Source: Methanosphaera stadtmanae DSM 3091 (lineage in GTDB: Archaea; Methanobacteriota; Methanobacteria; Methanobacteriales; Methanobacteriaceae). From it: DNA of 32,000 nt. The stretch spans positions 960,001-992,000 of the forward strand of contig NC_007681.1 in the NCBI RefSeq assembly GCF_000012545.1, given 5' to 3'. Both the position numbers and the translations under genes were made by a program. Under the pieces are notes generated by a model. The model was not told where the DNA came from. It worked only from the letters and a program-made list of their open reading frames with translations, and did no database searches. Positions 9,027-17,949 of this stretch are shown here, piece by piece. Position 1 is the first letter of the stretch. Every line of letters begins with the position of its first letter.

Positions 9027-12000
9027 ATGGATAAGAATGTTAAAAAAATGTTCTTACTCACTACAATAGTATTATTATTACTAGGTATTGGTGCTGTTAG
9101 TGCAGCAAATGATACAAGTGATAATACACAAACTACAGTTTCTAATGATTTAACAACAATAGATTCATGTAGTTCACAAATAGCTACAGTAGCTAGTGAT
9201 AATAAAGTAGTAAATACTAAAAATGATGTAGTTTCTACTGATAAAATAAGTGTTAAAAAAGATAAAACAAACACAACTAGTAACATTAAAACTACTACTA
9301 AAAGTAGTGATAAGACAGGAAAAACCCTAAAAAAAGAAGATGAAATAAACTATTATGTTTCAGACTCAAAAGGTTCTGATACTAATGATGGATCTAAGGA
9401 TAATCCTTTTAAAACAATAGGTCATGCTGTTAATTTAACAACAGATTCATCAATATACAATATACACATCACTGAAGGTACATATAAAGGTATTGGAAAT
9501 ACTAATTTAACAGTACCTGGATCAAACAAAATCAATTTCATTGGTGCTGGTGTTAATAAAACAATCTTTGATGGAGAAGCAAAATATGATATTCAGAAAA
9601 CTGGATTCTATTGGGGATCATCTGAAATATGGTATAACTATGTAAATGCTTCTGGTAACTGGTTTATGAATATTACACCTGGTGCAGGTAAAATTACATT
9701 CACCAACTTCACAATGCAAAATGGTTGGGTAAAAGGTGGAAGTAATATTGCTGCATATAAAATAGCTCCTGTTGATAACTATGCAACTCTAACAATTGAT
9801 AATGTATACTTCTATAAAAATCATTGTGGTGCAGGTACTGTTAGAAACAGAGAAACTGGAAATTTAACAGTAAATAATAGTATATTTGATTTTAACTTAA
9901 AATCTGATAGTACTGGAAATTTTGGTGCAGGTATTTATAATAATGGTACAACTCTTGTTGTAAATTCAATATTTGTTGGAAATTATGCACGTTGGGGTAC
10001 ACTAACCAATGATAGAATAATGAAAGTAAATAACTGTACAATAAGAGATAATAAAGGTTATGATGGAACTAGTACATACAAATATGGTTCAGGTATTGCA
10101 ACAAACACTGGTAGTGCTGATTACTACAATGAATATGGAGTAAATGGTCTTGAAACTGAAGTAACAAACTGTACCTTTATTAACAACGATCAAACAGATA
10201 TTTGGCAAGGCCAAGGTGATTTAGTAGTTTCAAATTCTAAATTCATAAACAGTACAGGAATTTATATTGAAGGTAAAAAATTAAATATGAGTGTTAGTCA
10301 AAACATTACAAACAACACATTTACAAATGTAGTTGGTTCTGCTCTAACAGTATCCATGAGTTCCAAAAGTAAACCAGCAATTGCTATAAGATCAACAGCT
10401 CTTGGATTCAATTTAACAATAACAAATAATACAATCAATGCACCTGATTTAGTTAATGGTAAAGCAATACAAGTATCAGGATATGCTACAATAACAAACA
10501 ACCAAATGGATAATGTTATAAACATTAAAGGAAGTGGTTGTCTTGTTAATAATAACACAATAAATACTAAAAGTGGATACACAGTAGTTGAAGAAACAAC
10601 AGCTAAAAACAATTCATATACAAATAACACATTATATTCTAGTATATTAGCTGGAGATAATTCATTAAAACTTAATTCTAAAGGTAATTCTACAACAAGT
10701 GGAAATAAACCAGAAGTAACAAACCATGTTATAACTAATGATAACTATTCACAATACTTCACTAGTGAAGGTGTTTTAAAAGCTGATGTTGTAACTAATG
10801 GAAGTAAAATATTCCTTTCAGGAAATTTAATAAACAAAGAATTCATATTTGACAACATTAAAGTATATGTCGGAAATAATGATACAGCAAAATTAATTAA
10901 CTCTGTAATTAAAACACAAAACAATGCAAAAGTAATTATTGAAAACATAAATATTAATAATACAGATTCTGAAAAAGAATATGTTGTTTTATTTAATTCA
11001 ACAGGAAATCAACTTATTAAAACTAATATTGATGTTAATACAACACATAAAATACATGCAATAGTACTTGCTGATGATGAAAACACAATAGAAAATGTTG
11101 TTGTTAATGTAGCAGGTCCATCAAAAAATATTGACTGGACACAGAATGTACAAATTGCAGATACTATTGGATTATTAATTACATCCAGTAACAACAATAT
11201 AAAAGTTACAAAAATCAATTTATATGCACATCCTAATGGTGAAATGTTTGGTACAGTTGATGGAATAGATATTCAGTCACTAACTAATAACACTGTAAAA
11301 TCTAACTTAATATATAATACACGTGTAAATGTGACTGGTGGTCAATATGCATATGGTTTAAATATTAAAAATGCAGAAAATACAAACACTTCCCTTGTAT
11401 GGTCTGATGTAAGATCTGATAATTATGCATGTGCATTCCAATTAACAGGTATTGCAAGAAATAACAGTATTGCAGGTTATGCTTATGCTAACGCTCCAGT
11501 ACTTGCATATGGAGCTTACATAACAGGATTATGGTCTGGTGGTGTAAATAATACAAACATATCTAAACTTTACATACAAAATGTTACAAGTAATGAAGCA
11601 TATGGAGTATGTCTTGAAGGAGTATTAAATACAACCATATCTGATGCTACATACAATGTATTTGGAAATAAAACATTTGGAATAGTATTAAATAATACAG
11701 AAAATACTAATATCTTCAAATTAACAATAAAAACAGAAAATACAAATGAAAATTCATCAATAATAATAACAGACAAAACTAAAAATACAAACATCACAGG
11801 TACAACCCTAAACTCAAACAATGCAAATGGTGTTAATTTAATTAACAACACAAACACAAGCGTAGTTGGAAATTACATCAATATAAACAATATGATTGGT
11901 GGAAATAACGCTGTAAAACAAGTAGAACTAACAAACAATAATGTTACAAACAACATACCAAATATTATTGTAATTAGTGATGAAACATATCCTAATTACT

Positions 12001-14399
12001 TTAATGAAAATTCAACATTAAATATAACTGCAGACATTATTAACATTGGAAAACAATTAAATAATAAAATATTATACATGAATACAAATGCAACATTCTA
12101 TAATCCATATAATACAACAATAAACAATGTATCATTCATATTCATTGGAACAAATACAAAATCTGTAACATTTAATGGATTAAAAATCAACAATGTAAAT
12201 AAATCAGTAATAGAAACAAAATTAAATACAACATTACAGAAAAACGTATACTTCAAAAATGGTTACATAAAACTTACTGGAGAAAATATCACTGCAATAA
12301 ACAACAATGGTAACACTCTTTACTTATCAGTTGAAAATACCCAAGCTATACTTAATGCTACAAACAATGCATTATTTATAAGTTATACTGGAAGAGGTTA
12401 CTCATACATTCAAAATTCAAATATAACTGTTGATTCTGGAAATATATCCAAAGTTATACAAAATGATAATGGAACAGTATCAGGTGCAAATAACAACATT
12501 AAACAAACAGGTAACATTGCTATAACAATAAATGGTACATGTATCATAAATCAATATGATGGATTTAAAAACAACAATATCACAATAAGTGGAAACAACA
12601 TTACAGCAATAAATATAAATCAATATGCTCTAACTTTAACAACATTACAAAATAATAAATTCAATCTAACAAGTTCAAATCCGGCAATAGCAATAAATAT
12701 GGAAAATACTGGATTTGCAGGTGGTTGGAGTTGGAATCCTCAAGGTACATCTATAAAAAACAATGTATTTATTATTAATGCTGTAAACAAAAATACTCCA
12801 GTAATTAGTTTATCTGGTGGAAGTTTAAATTCAGTAACTAATAACTATATAGAAGCTCGTGATGTATGGGGTAATAATGCAGTGGAAATAATTGGAGAAA
12901 ATGGAACAATAGAAAATAACAATCCAAATAACAATACAAATTATACTGCTATAATGAATATTACAGCACCAACAACCACTAGTGTAAATAAAACTATTGA
13001 TGTAAATGTTACACTTACAGATGTATTTGGTAATCCAATAAAAGAAAATATAACAATTACAGTAGATGGTACTGAAATTGGTATAATAGATGGTGCAGGT
13101 AGTATTACATACACACCAACTACTGGTAAAACTAGTACAATAACTGCTACATTTAATGGTAATGATAAATATGATAGTAGTGTAGTATCAACTACATTAA
13201 ATGTAATGAAACTTAACACTACAACAACAGTTAACACACCTACTGGTAAATATAACGATACAATAACAATTACAGCTAATGTAGTTGATTCAAATAACAA
13301 CCCTGTAAATGGTGGAAAAGTTGTATTTATTGTAAATGGTGAAACAATATGTGACAGTGAAGGTAACATAATCTATGCTAATGTAGAAAATGGAGTTGCA
13401 ACTATAAATACAACTGCTCTTAGAACATGGGTAAATAAATATTCCACTATTTGTGCTGAATATATTGGAAACGATGTTTATGGAGATTCAACAAGTGAAT
13501 ATTCCACAATGAATATTTCCCTAAGAACACCTACAGTAACAATACTTACTGATAAAACAAGTGTTAAATCAGGAGAAAAAGTATTATTTATTGTACAAGT
13601 ACGTGATGGTGAAAAACTTGTAAACCAAGGATCTGTTATATTTAAACTTAATGGTATAACATTAAAAGATACAACAGGTAATATTTACATAGTAAAAGTA
13701 GAAAATGGAATTGCAAAACTAGAATACATAATACCTGATGGTTTCAGTGCTAAAAACTACACATTAACAACTGTTTATGTTGGAAAAGATTATGAAAGAG
13801 GTAGTGATGTATCATCATTAATAGTACCTAGAATCAACACATACATAAAAACAGAAATGACAAACATTACAAGTGACAATGCAACATTAAAACTAACAAT
13901 ATTCGATGAAAACAACAAAATAATACTACGTAATACAAAAGTAACAGTAAAAGTAAATGGTAAAACATTCTACAATCAAATCATAGTATCAAATGGTGTT
14001 GCTAACTTAAACTTAAACTTACCAGTAAGTTCAAAACCATATAACATAACAGTAATAGCAGGAGAAAACAATGCATATGCATCAAGTAACTATTCATTCA
14101 TGTTTACAAACACAGTAAAAATACCAACAAAAATAAATGCAACAGCAAATGTAGTAAACAATAAAACAGCAGTTGTATCAGTAAAAATCTATGATAACAA
14201 CAACAAACCAGTAACAGGAAATACAAAAGTTGTAGTAAAACTCAATGGAAAAACACAAGCAACAACACACGCAGAAAATGGAGTAGCAGACTTAAATATA
14301 ACAGTTCCACAAATTAAAGGAATGTATAACTTAGTAGTAGTAACTGGTGAAACAGCAAAATATCTTGCATCACAAACAACTATACCACTAAGAGTCTAG
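9027..14399 (+). CDS. Giant secreted Asn/Thr-rich adhesin-like surface protein (about 1790 aa): signal peptide, long parallel beta-helix region, five C-terminal Ig-like repeats
   Basis: ORF track 9015..14399. The SD-supported start is ATG 9027 (GGAGA-taaac-ATG, MDKNVKKMFLL...). Sec-type signal LLLLGIGAVSA/AN. N-terminal motif DGSKDNPFKTIGHAV is typical of right-handed beta-helix proteins. Many NxS/T sequons. Confidence 0.85.
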   Translation: MDKNVKKMFLLTTIVLLLLGIGAVSAANDTSDNTQTTVSNDLTTIDSCSSQIATVASDNKVVNTKNDVVSTDKISVKKDKTNTTSNIKTTTKSSDKTGKTLKKEDEINYYVSDSKGSDTNDGSKDNPFKTIGHAVNLTTDSSIYNIHITEGTYKGIGNTNLTVPGSNKINFIGAGVNKTIFDGEAKYDIQKTGFYWGSSEIWYNYVNASGNWFMNITPGAGKITFTNFTMQNGWVKGGSNIAAYKIAPVDNYATLTIDNVYFYKNHCGAGTVRNRETGNLTVNNSIFDFNLKSDSTGNFGAGIYNNGTTLVVNSIFVGNYARWGTLTNDRIMKVNNCTIRDNKGYDGTSTYKYGSGIATNTGSADYYNEYGVNGLETEVTNCTFINNDQTDIWQGQGDLVVSNSKFINSTGIYIEGKKLNMSVSQNITNNTFTNVVGSALTVSMSSKSKPAIAIRSTALGFNLTITNNTINAPDLVNGKAIQVSGYATITNNQMDNVINIKGSGCLVNNNTINTKSGYTVVEETTAKNNSYTNNTLYSSILAGDNSLKLNSKGNSTTSGNKPEVTNHVITNDNYSQYFTSEGVLKADVVTNGSKIFLSGNLINKEFIFDNIKVYVGNNDTAKLINSVIKTQNNAKVIIENININNTDSEKEYVVLFNSTGNQLIKTNIDVNTTHKIHAIVLADDENTIENVVVNVAGPSKNIDWTQNVQIADTIGLLITSSNNNIKVTKINLYAHPNGEMFGTVDGIDIQSLTNNTVKSNLIYNTRVNVTGGQYAYGLNIKNAENTNTSLVWSDVRSDNYACAFQLTGIARNNSIAGYAYANAPVLAYGAYITGLWSGGVNNTNISKLYIQNVTSNEAYGVCLEGVLNTTISDATYNVFGNKTFGIVLNNTENTNIFKLTIKTENTNENSSIIITDKTKNTNITGTTLNSNNANGVNLINNTNTSVVGNYININNMIGGNNAVKQVELTNNNVTNNIPNIIVISDETYPNYFNENSTLNITADIINIGKQLNNKILYMNTNATFYNPYNTTINNVSFIFIGTNTKSVTFNGLKINNVNKSVIETKLNTTLQKNVYFKNGYIKLTGENITAINNNGNTLYLSVENTQAILNATNNALFISYTGRGYSYIQNSNITVDSGNISKVIQNDNGTVSGANNNIKQTGNIAITINGTCIINQYDGFKNNNITISGNNITAININQYALTLTTLQNNKFNLTSSNPAIAINMENTGFAGGWSWNPQGTSIKNNVFIINAVNKNTPVISLSGGSLNSVTNNYIEARDVWGNNAVEIIGENGTIENNNPNNNTNYTAIMNITAPTTTSVNKTIDVNVTLTDVFGNPIKENITITVDGTEIGIIDGAGSITYTPTTGKTSTITATFNGNDKYDSSVVSTTLNVMKLNTTTTVNTPTGKYNDTITITANVVDSNNNPVNGGKVVFIVNGETICDSEGNIIYANVENGVATINTTALRTWVNKYSTICAEYIGNDVYGDSTSEYSTMNISLRTPTVTILTDKTSVKSGEKVLFIVQVRDGEKLVNQGSVIFKLNGITLKDTTGNIYIVKVENGIAKLEYIIPDGFSAKNYTLTTVYVGKDYERGSDVSSLIVPRINTYIKTEMTNITSDNATLKLTIFDENNKIILRNTKVTVKVNGKTFYNQIIVSNGVANLNLNLPVSSKPYNITVIAGENNAYASSNYSFMFTNTVKIPTKINATANVVNNKTAVVSVKIYDNNNKPVTGNTKVVVKLNGKTQATTHAENGVADLNITVPQIKGMYNLVVVTGETAKYLASQTTIPLRV
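12942..14396 (+). repeat. Five tandem Ig-like modules of about 97 aa each inside the giant surface protein (protein-level repeats, diverged at DNA level)
   Basis: Recurring pattern: (V/I)x(V/L)xD..N.P(V/I).G.(V/I)x(V/F)x(V/L)NG.......NG(V/I)A.(L/I)N........Y.(I/L)...Y.G...Y..S. The modules end TTLNV / TMNISLR / SSLIVPR / SFMFTNT / TIPLRV. Confidence 0.7.
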
Positions 14400-14407
14400 A
14401 AAAAGTT

Positions 14408-14429
14408 TTGGAGGATCACGGTCCTCCAA
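14408..14429. terminator. GC-rich perfect hairpin TTGGAGGA-tcacgg-TCCTCCAA between convergent genes
   Basis: Read directly. It is the only GC-rich stem in this intergenic region, 9 nt after the adhesin stop. On the minus strand it is followed by AAAACTTTTT. Confidence 0.6.
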
Positions 14430-14490
14430 TACATTTACTCATTTTAAATAAAACTTATTTTATTAAAAAAAAGTATTTTATGGAAATAAA

Positions 14491-15906
14491 TTATTTAAGA
14501 CGTCCATAATCATCTATAATATCTTCAATAGACTTATCTTGGCCTAATTTTTTAAGCATATCTTTTGCAGGATTGGTTCTATTTTTTACTCTTTCATATA
14601 ATGATTCAAGAAATACTTCTTCACCATATCCACGTTCAATAAGTCCTTCTTTTGACAAGTCTAGTATTTGTTTAATTAGTGTGTATAATTTATCCTCATC
14701 TACAAAGTTAGGTAGTTGTCTTTTTACAAATAACTTTCTAAGTTCTGATGCATTATATCCTCTGTGATATATTACCTCATCATTTTCAAAGATTTCTTCT
14801 AATTCATATAATTTATTCTTTAATCCTAATTGAAATGCTCCAACACATAGAACATCTTTTATTGGTTGTGTACATGAACTTCTATATTCTATTGTTCCAC
14901 GATATGTTAAATCTAGAAACTTAAATGAACGAAGATATTCTATATCACTAATCTTAGGAGTAATTGTTATTTTATCATACACTCCCTTATCACAGTATTC
15001 TCCTTCTACAGAATCCTTTCTAAAGTAGTCCATTATGTTGATTGTTGGAAAATTCACATAAAGACCATTTCTCATAGTACAGTATATATTCAATGATTCA
15101 ATATATGCCATTAGATCATCAATATCCTTTAGTTGTGTTTCATACATACCAATATTATGTGGATTTATTCCATGTGTACTATCCTGCCAGAACATATCTC
15201 TACAACATAGTAAATCCTCATTTTCTCCAAGCAACACTGAATTTGAGAAAAGTATTGCTTTTATTGGTTCTAATTTTGAGAAGATATTGATTGTTTTTAT
15301 TAAATTATCATAGTTAACATCAAGTTGTATCTGTGATGCACTTGAAAACATTCCATATTCTGGATGATCATGGAAGTATTTTGGTAGTTTTGAATATCTT
15401 GAATATGAACAAAGATGATGATATAACATTTGATATCTTTCATTTGGTATTGGTATGTGTTTATTGTATATTCTGTAGGGATTTATTCCAAGTCCTGTTA
15501 GTGTATGGTTGTGTTTTTCAAAAAGTTCTTTGAAAAAAGAATAATAATCACAGAATCGTTCATAGATATTGAAGAGATTTGTTTCTCGTCCAAATGAAAA
15601 TTCTAAGTTGTTATATGAACAGTCATAGGATATTATGTCGTTGTTTTTTTTATTTATTAATGAACAGATATGATTGTTATGATCTATTGTTTGTGGTTTG
15701 AAGTTAGTGTATTGTTTTTTAAATTCCTCTGTTATTTTATGTACTACTTGAAAGTCAACTGGTTTTTTTTCTAAATTTAATATTGGAATCTCTATTTCTA
15801 TTCCTATGTAATTATTCTCATTATTCTTTGTTGATTCTATAAATCTTTGATATAAGCCTTTTTTTATTTTATCTTCAGTGATAGTTGAGAAATTCTGCTT
15901 CATGCA
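14491..15906 (-). CDS. Glutamate-cysteine ligase family protein (GCS2 / plant-type GshA / EgtA-like carboxylate-amine ligase)
   Basis: Motifs match the GCS2 pattern: IGIEIEIPIL (GxExE), NLEFSFG, SSASQIQLDVNYD...LEPIKAILFSNS...CRDMFWQDS (compare the plant-type TCTVQVNLDF...LQPIATALFANSPF...SxRSxIWxDTD). The SD-supported start is ATG 15906 (GGTGA-aatgc-ATG). The track start GTG 15915 lies inside the SD. Confidence 0.7.
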   Translation of the reverse strand, partial: CMKQNFSTITEDKIKKGLYQRFIESTKNNENNYIGIEIEIPILNLEKKPVDFQVVHKITEEFKKQYTNFKPQTIDHNNHICSLINKKNNDIISYDCSYNNLEFSFGRETNLFNIYERFCDYYSFFKELFEKHNHTLTGLGINPYRIYNKHIPIPNERYQMLYHHLCSYSRYSKLPKYFHDHPEYGMFSSASQIQLDVNYDNLIKTINIFSKLEPIKAILFSNSVLLGENEDLLCCRDMFWQDSTHGINPHNIGMYETQLKDIDDLMAYIESLNIYCTMRNGLYVNFPTINIMDYFRKDSVEGEYCDKGVYDKITITPKISDIEYLRSFKFLDLTYRGTIEYRSSCTQPIKDVLCVGAFQLGLKNKLYELEEIFENDEVIYHRGYNASELRKLFVKRQLPNFVDEDKLYTLIKQILDLSKEGLIERGYGEEVFLESLYERVKNRTNPAKDMLKKLGQDKSIEDIIDDYGRLK

Positions 15907-16705
15907 TTTCACCAAAATTATTAATTATACTCTCCCTTAAACTAGGATTAACATGATTCATTATGTAATTAAATTGATCTTCTGTTAATTTATAAGTATA
16001 TTTATGAGATTTTCCTCTATAGATTATTTCTCCATCTTTAAGTGCAAATACTGTGTTTAATGGTACTAATTTCCATGGTTTATCATTTAATTTCTGTGTT
16101 GAGAAGTATATTGTCTTGTTTATTCTCTGGTAATGAAGGGAATTTCTTGTATTTGAATGTGCATATGTGTATGTTCCATTGGATATTATTGGATTTAATT
16201 TATTTCCTTCTGCTAGTTTTGATATTATTTTGTTAATGAAGTTAAACTGTTCTCTATCACTTAAGGGTTGTTGTCTTTCTTTGTAGTTAAGTCTGTCAAT
16301 AATGTACATTAATATTCTTTCTGAATCTGTGTTTCCATCTTGTGTTTTTTTATATTTATTAAGAAGATCACACTTGAATATTGTTCCATTATGTATTAGT
16401 ACCCATTTTCTACCATTGTTATCTTCACTGATAAAGGGATGACAATTTGCTACATCCATATTTCCCATTGTTGCAAGTCTTATATGTGCTAGTGCAGATT
16501 TTGTATAAATTGGATTTTTTAGTATTTCTTTTAAGTGTCGACTCTCTGTTGCTTCTATTGGTTCTTTTTCAATGTGTGGCTGTTTGTTGTTCATTAGTGC
16601 TAGCCCCCATCCATGTGGATGCATATTACAATGTCTATAGAAACTTTTTAAGTAATTGTTTATATGGACAGGTTGCTGACTACTAACACCAAATAATTCA
16701 CACAT
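15875..16705 (-). CDS. Class-II (Ntn-type) glutamine amidotransferase / amidohydrolase, YafJ/EgtC-like
   Basis: N-terminal MCELFG (Cys2 nucleophile). HPHGWG, HIRLATMGNMDVANCHPF and VLIHNGTI are all typical of stand-alone GATase-2 proteins. SD GAGGT lies 7 nt before the ATG. The 3' end overlaps the ligase gene by 32 nt. Confidence 0.8.
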   Translation of the reverse strand: MCELFGVSSQQPVHINNYLKSFYRHCNMHPHGWGLALMNNKQPHIEKEPIEATESRHLKEILKNPIYTKSALAHIRLATMGNMDVANCHPFISEDNNGRKWVLIHNGTIFKCDLLNKYKKTQDGNTDSERILMYIIDRLNYKERQQPLSDREQFNFINKIISKLAEGNKLNPIISNGTYTYAHSNTRNSLHYQRINKTIYFSTQKLNDKPWKLVPLNTVFALKDGEIIYRGKSHKYTYKLTEDQFNYIMNHVNPSLRESIINNFGEMHEAEFLNYH

Positions 16706-16836
16706 TGTTTTTACCTCATTTTTATTTTTTTTCCTTTTATATAATACTAGAAATAGATTTTTATAGTATAATATCTCTTTTTTAAGTTATTTAAACTATT
16801 AACATGTTTTTTATTTTAGTAAAAAAAAATCACATA

Positions 16837-16871
16837 ATATAACATTGTTAATCCAGTATATAACATTGTTA
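16837..16871. promoter_or_regulatory. Two perfect copies of ATATAACATTGTTA spaced 21 bp start to start. Each contains the dyad TAACA-T-TGTTA. Candidate operator upstream of the amidotransferase/ligase operon.
   Basis: Read directly: copies at 16837-16850 and 16858-16871, about 130-165 nt upstream of the ATG at 16705. Confidence 0.35.
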
Positions 16872-17170
16872 TGTAATTAATAGTATATAAAATTTTAGAC
16901 AATAAATAATAATACTACTAAAGATTCCCATCAATATCATGTTCCATGTGGAAGCATACTGGTAGGTTGTGTAGTGTGCTTAGGTCTTGGTATATTTTTT
17001 CTAGTAATGTTACGGGTATGTCTACGTATAGATTGTTTTTACATTTTGTGCAGTTGCATTTATTTTTATTTATGGTAACACCTCAAGTTGTTTAATAGTA
17101 CATGTAACGATTAACAAAAAAAAGAGTTTATAATTAATATTAAAAATTAGAATTTGAAATGAACATTGTA

Positions 17171-17262
17171 TAACACATAAAAACAAAACCCCGAGAAAAA
17201 CAAACAACCCGTTCAACAAAACAACAAAAACACTAAACAAAAATACATAAAAAAAATAAAAT
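17171..17262 (-). terminator. Stacked oligo-T tracts (archaeal-type termination signals) downstream of the 108-aa gene. They appear as an A/C-only tract on the plus strand.
   Basis: The minus strand reads TTTTTTTTATGTATTTTTGTTTAGTGTTTTTGTTGTTTTGTTGAACGGGTTGTTTGTTTTTCTCGGGGTTTTGTTTTT. It starts about 45 nt after the stop at 17307. Confidence 0.4.
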
Positions 17263-17306
17263 TATAAATCAAAATAACATTCTCACTGAATAATTATCAT
17301 CTCTTC

Positions 17307-17633
17307 TCAACAAAATTCTGTACCCTCATAATAATATAATCTTTTCCATTGTGGATGTTTTTTTACAAACCATTCAGCAATTTCAAGAGGTGTTTTCCAA
17401 TATTTATAATCCATAGCTGCCCGTTTTACTTTACCTAAAATTTTCATATATGTCTTATGATATTCTCCTTCACTATAAAGGTCAGATAATCTTTTTTGAA
17501 ACTCATCAGTAATTACTGAATATAGATTAAGACCAAGATATTCTTCTGGATGTGCTACCGCATATTCATATAATTCATCTTCAATTTCATGAAGATATTT
17601 TGGATCAGGAGAAGCCCATATTCTTTTTACCAT
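17307..17633 (-). CDS. Uncharacterised small protein (108 aa), paralog A of a tandemly duplicated gene
   Basis: Intact ORF with SD AAGGTG 9 nt before the ATG. About three quarters of residues are identical by eye to 17950..18270, with conserved blocks KYLHEIEDELYEYAVAHPEEY, LYSEGEYHKTYMKIL and EIAEWFVKKHPQWK. Confidence 0.7.
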   Translation of the reverse strand: MVKRIWASPDPKYLHEIEDELYEYAVAHPEEYLGLNLYSVITDEFQKRLSDLYSEGEYHKTYMKILGKVKRAAMDYKYWKTPLEIAEWFVKKHPQWKRLYYYEGTEFC

Positions 17634-17656
17634 ATTTTATCACACCTTAAAAATTA

Positions 17657-17908
17657 TTAATTTGTTATTAATATTATATCGTTTATATTAATTGAATCTA
17701 GAAAATGTTTAGGTAGTGGACCCTTATCAAATTTAATATAGGTTTCATTTGTAATAGGTTTTTCATAGATTTCATAATGATTAAAGTCACTGAAGTATAC
17801 TAATTTACATATTACTGTTTTACCCACATTTTTTTTATTTTTACACCTGTTTATTATATATGAGATTAATGCTTTAAATTTTACCATATTAACATTCATT
17901 ATAACCAC
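17657..17908 (-). CDS. Truncated Panacea/SocA-like (DUF4065) antitoxin-domain protein. Only the N-terminal half is present, so it may be a gene fragment.
   Basis: KALISYIINRCKNKKNVGKTVICKLVYFSDFNHYEIYEKPITNETYIKFDKGPLPKHF matches the family pattern (G-K-T-K-L-x-K-L-L-Y-F-A-D-F...G-x-P-I-T-G-x-x-Y...G-P-V-P). The ORF stops after 83 aa, whereas family members are about 150-170 aa. Start uncertain (GTG 17908, ATG 17899 or ATG 17887). Confidence 0.6.
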   Translation of the reverse strand: MVIMNVNMVKFKALISYIINRCKNKKNVGKTVICKLVYFSDFNHYEIYEKPITNETYIKFDKGPLPKHFLDSININDIILITN

Positions 17909-17949
17909 ATTCCGTAATACAATTAATATATTATTTAGCAGGAAATATT

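Noticed and set aside
6459-13369. Many 60-140-aa minus-strand ORFs inside the two adhesin genes (6459, 6866, 7622, 8303, 9011, 10298, 10745, 11009, 11570, 12941)
   Set aside because: Antisense frames of Asn/Thr-rich coding sequence (AAY/ACN codons) are naturally stop-poor and yield Val/Phe/Leu-rich pseudo-proteins. None has an SD or recognisable motifs.
14573-16686. Plus-strand ORFs 14573, 15093, 15333, 16042 and 16447 opposite the ligase and amidotransferase genes
   Set aside because: They are antisense to genes with strong family motifs, and have low-complexity Leu/Phe/Val-rich products with no SD.
17171-17262. About 90-nt tract that is almost purely A and C on the plus strand, considered as a possible ncRNA, microsatellite or element end
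   Set aside because: Read on the minus strand, it is a series of T5-T8 runs immediately downstream of the 108-aa gene. Stacked archaeal oligo-T terminators explain this more simply. It has no internal periodic repeat and no stem-loop potential.
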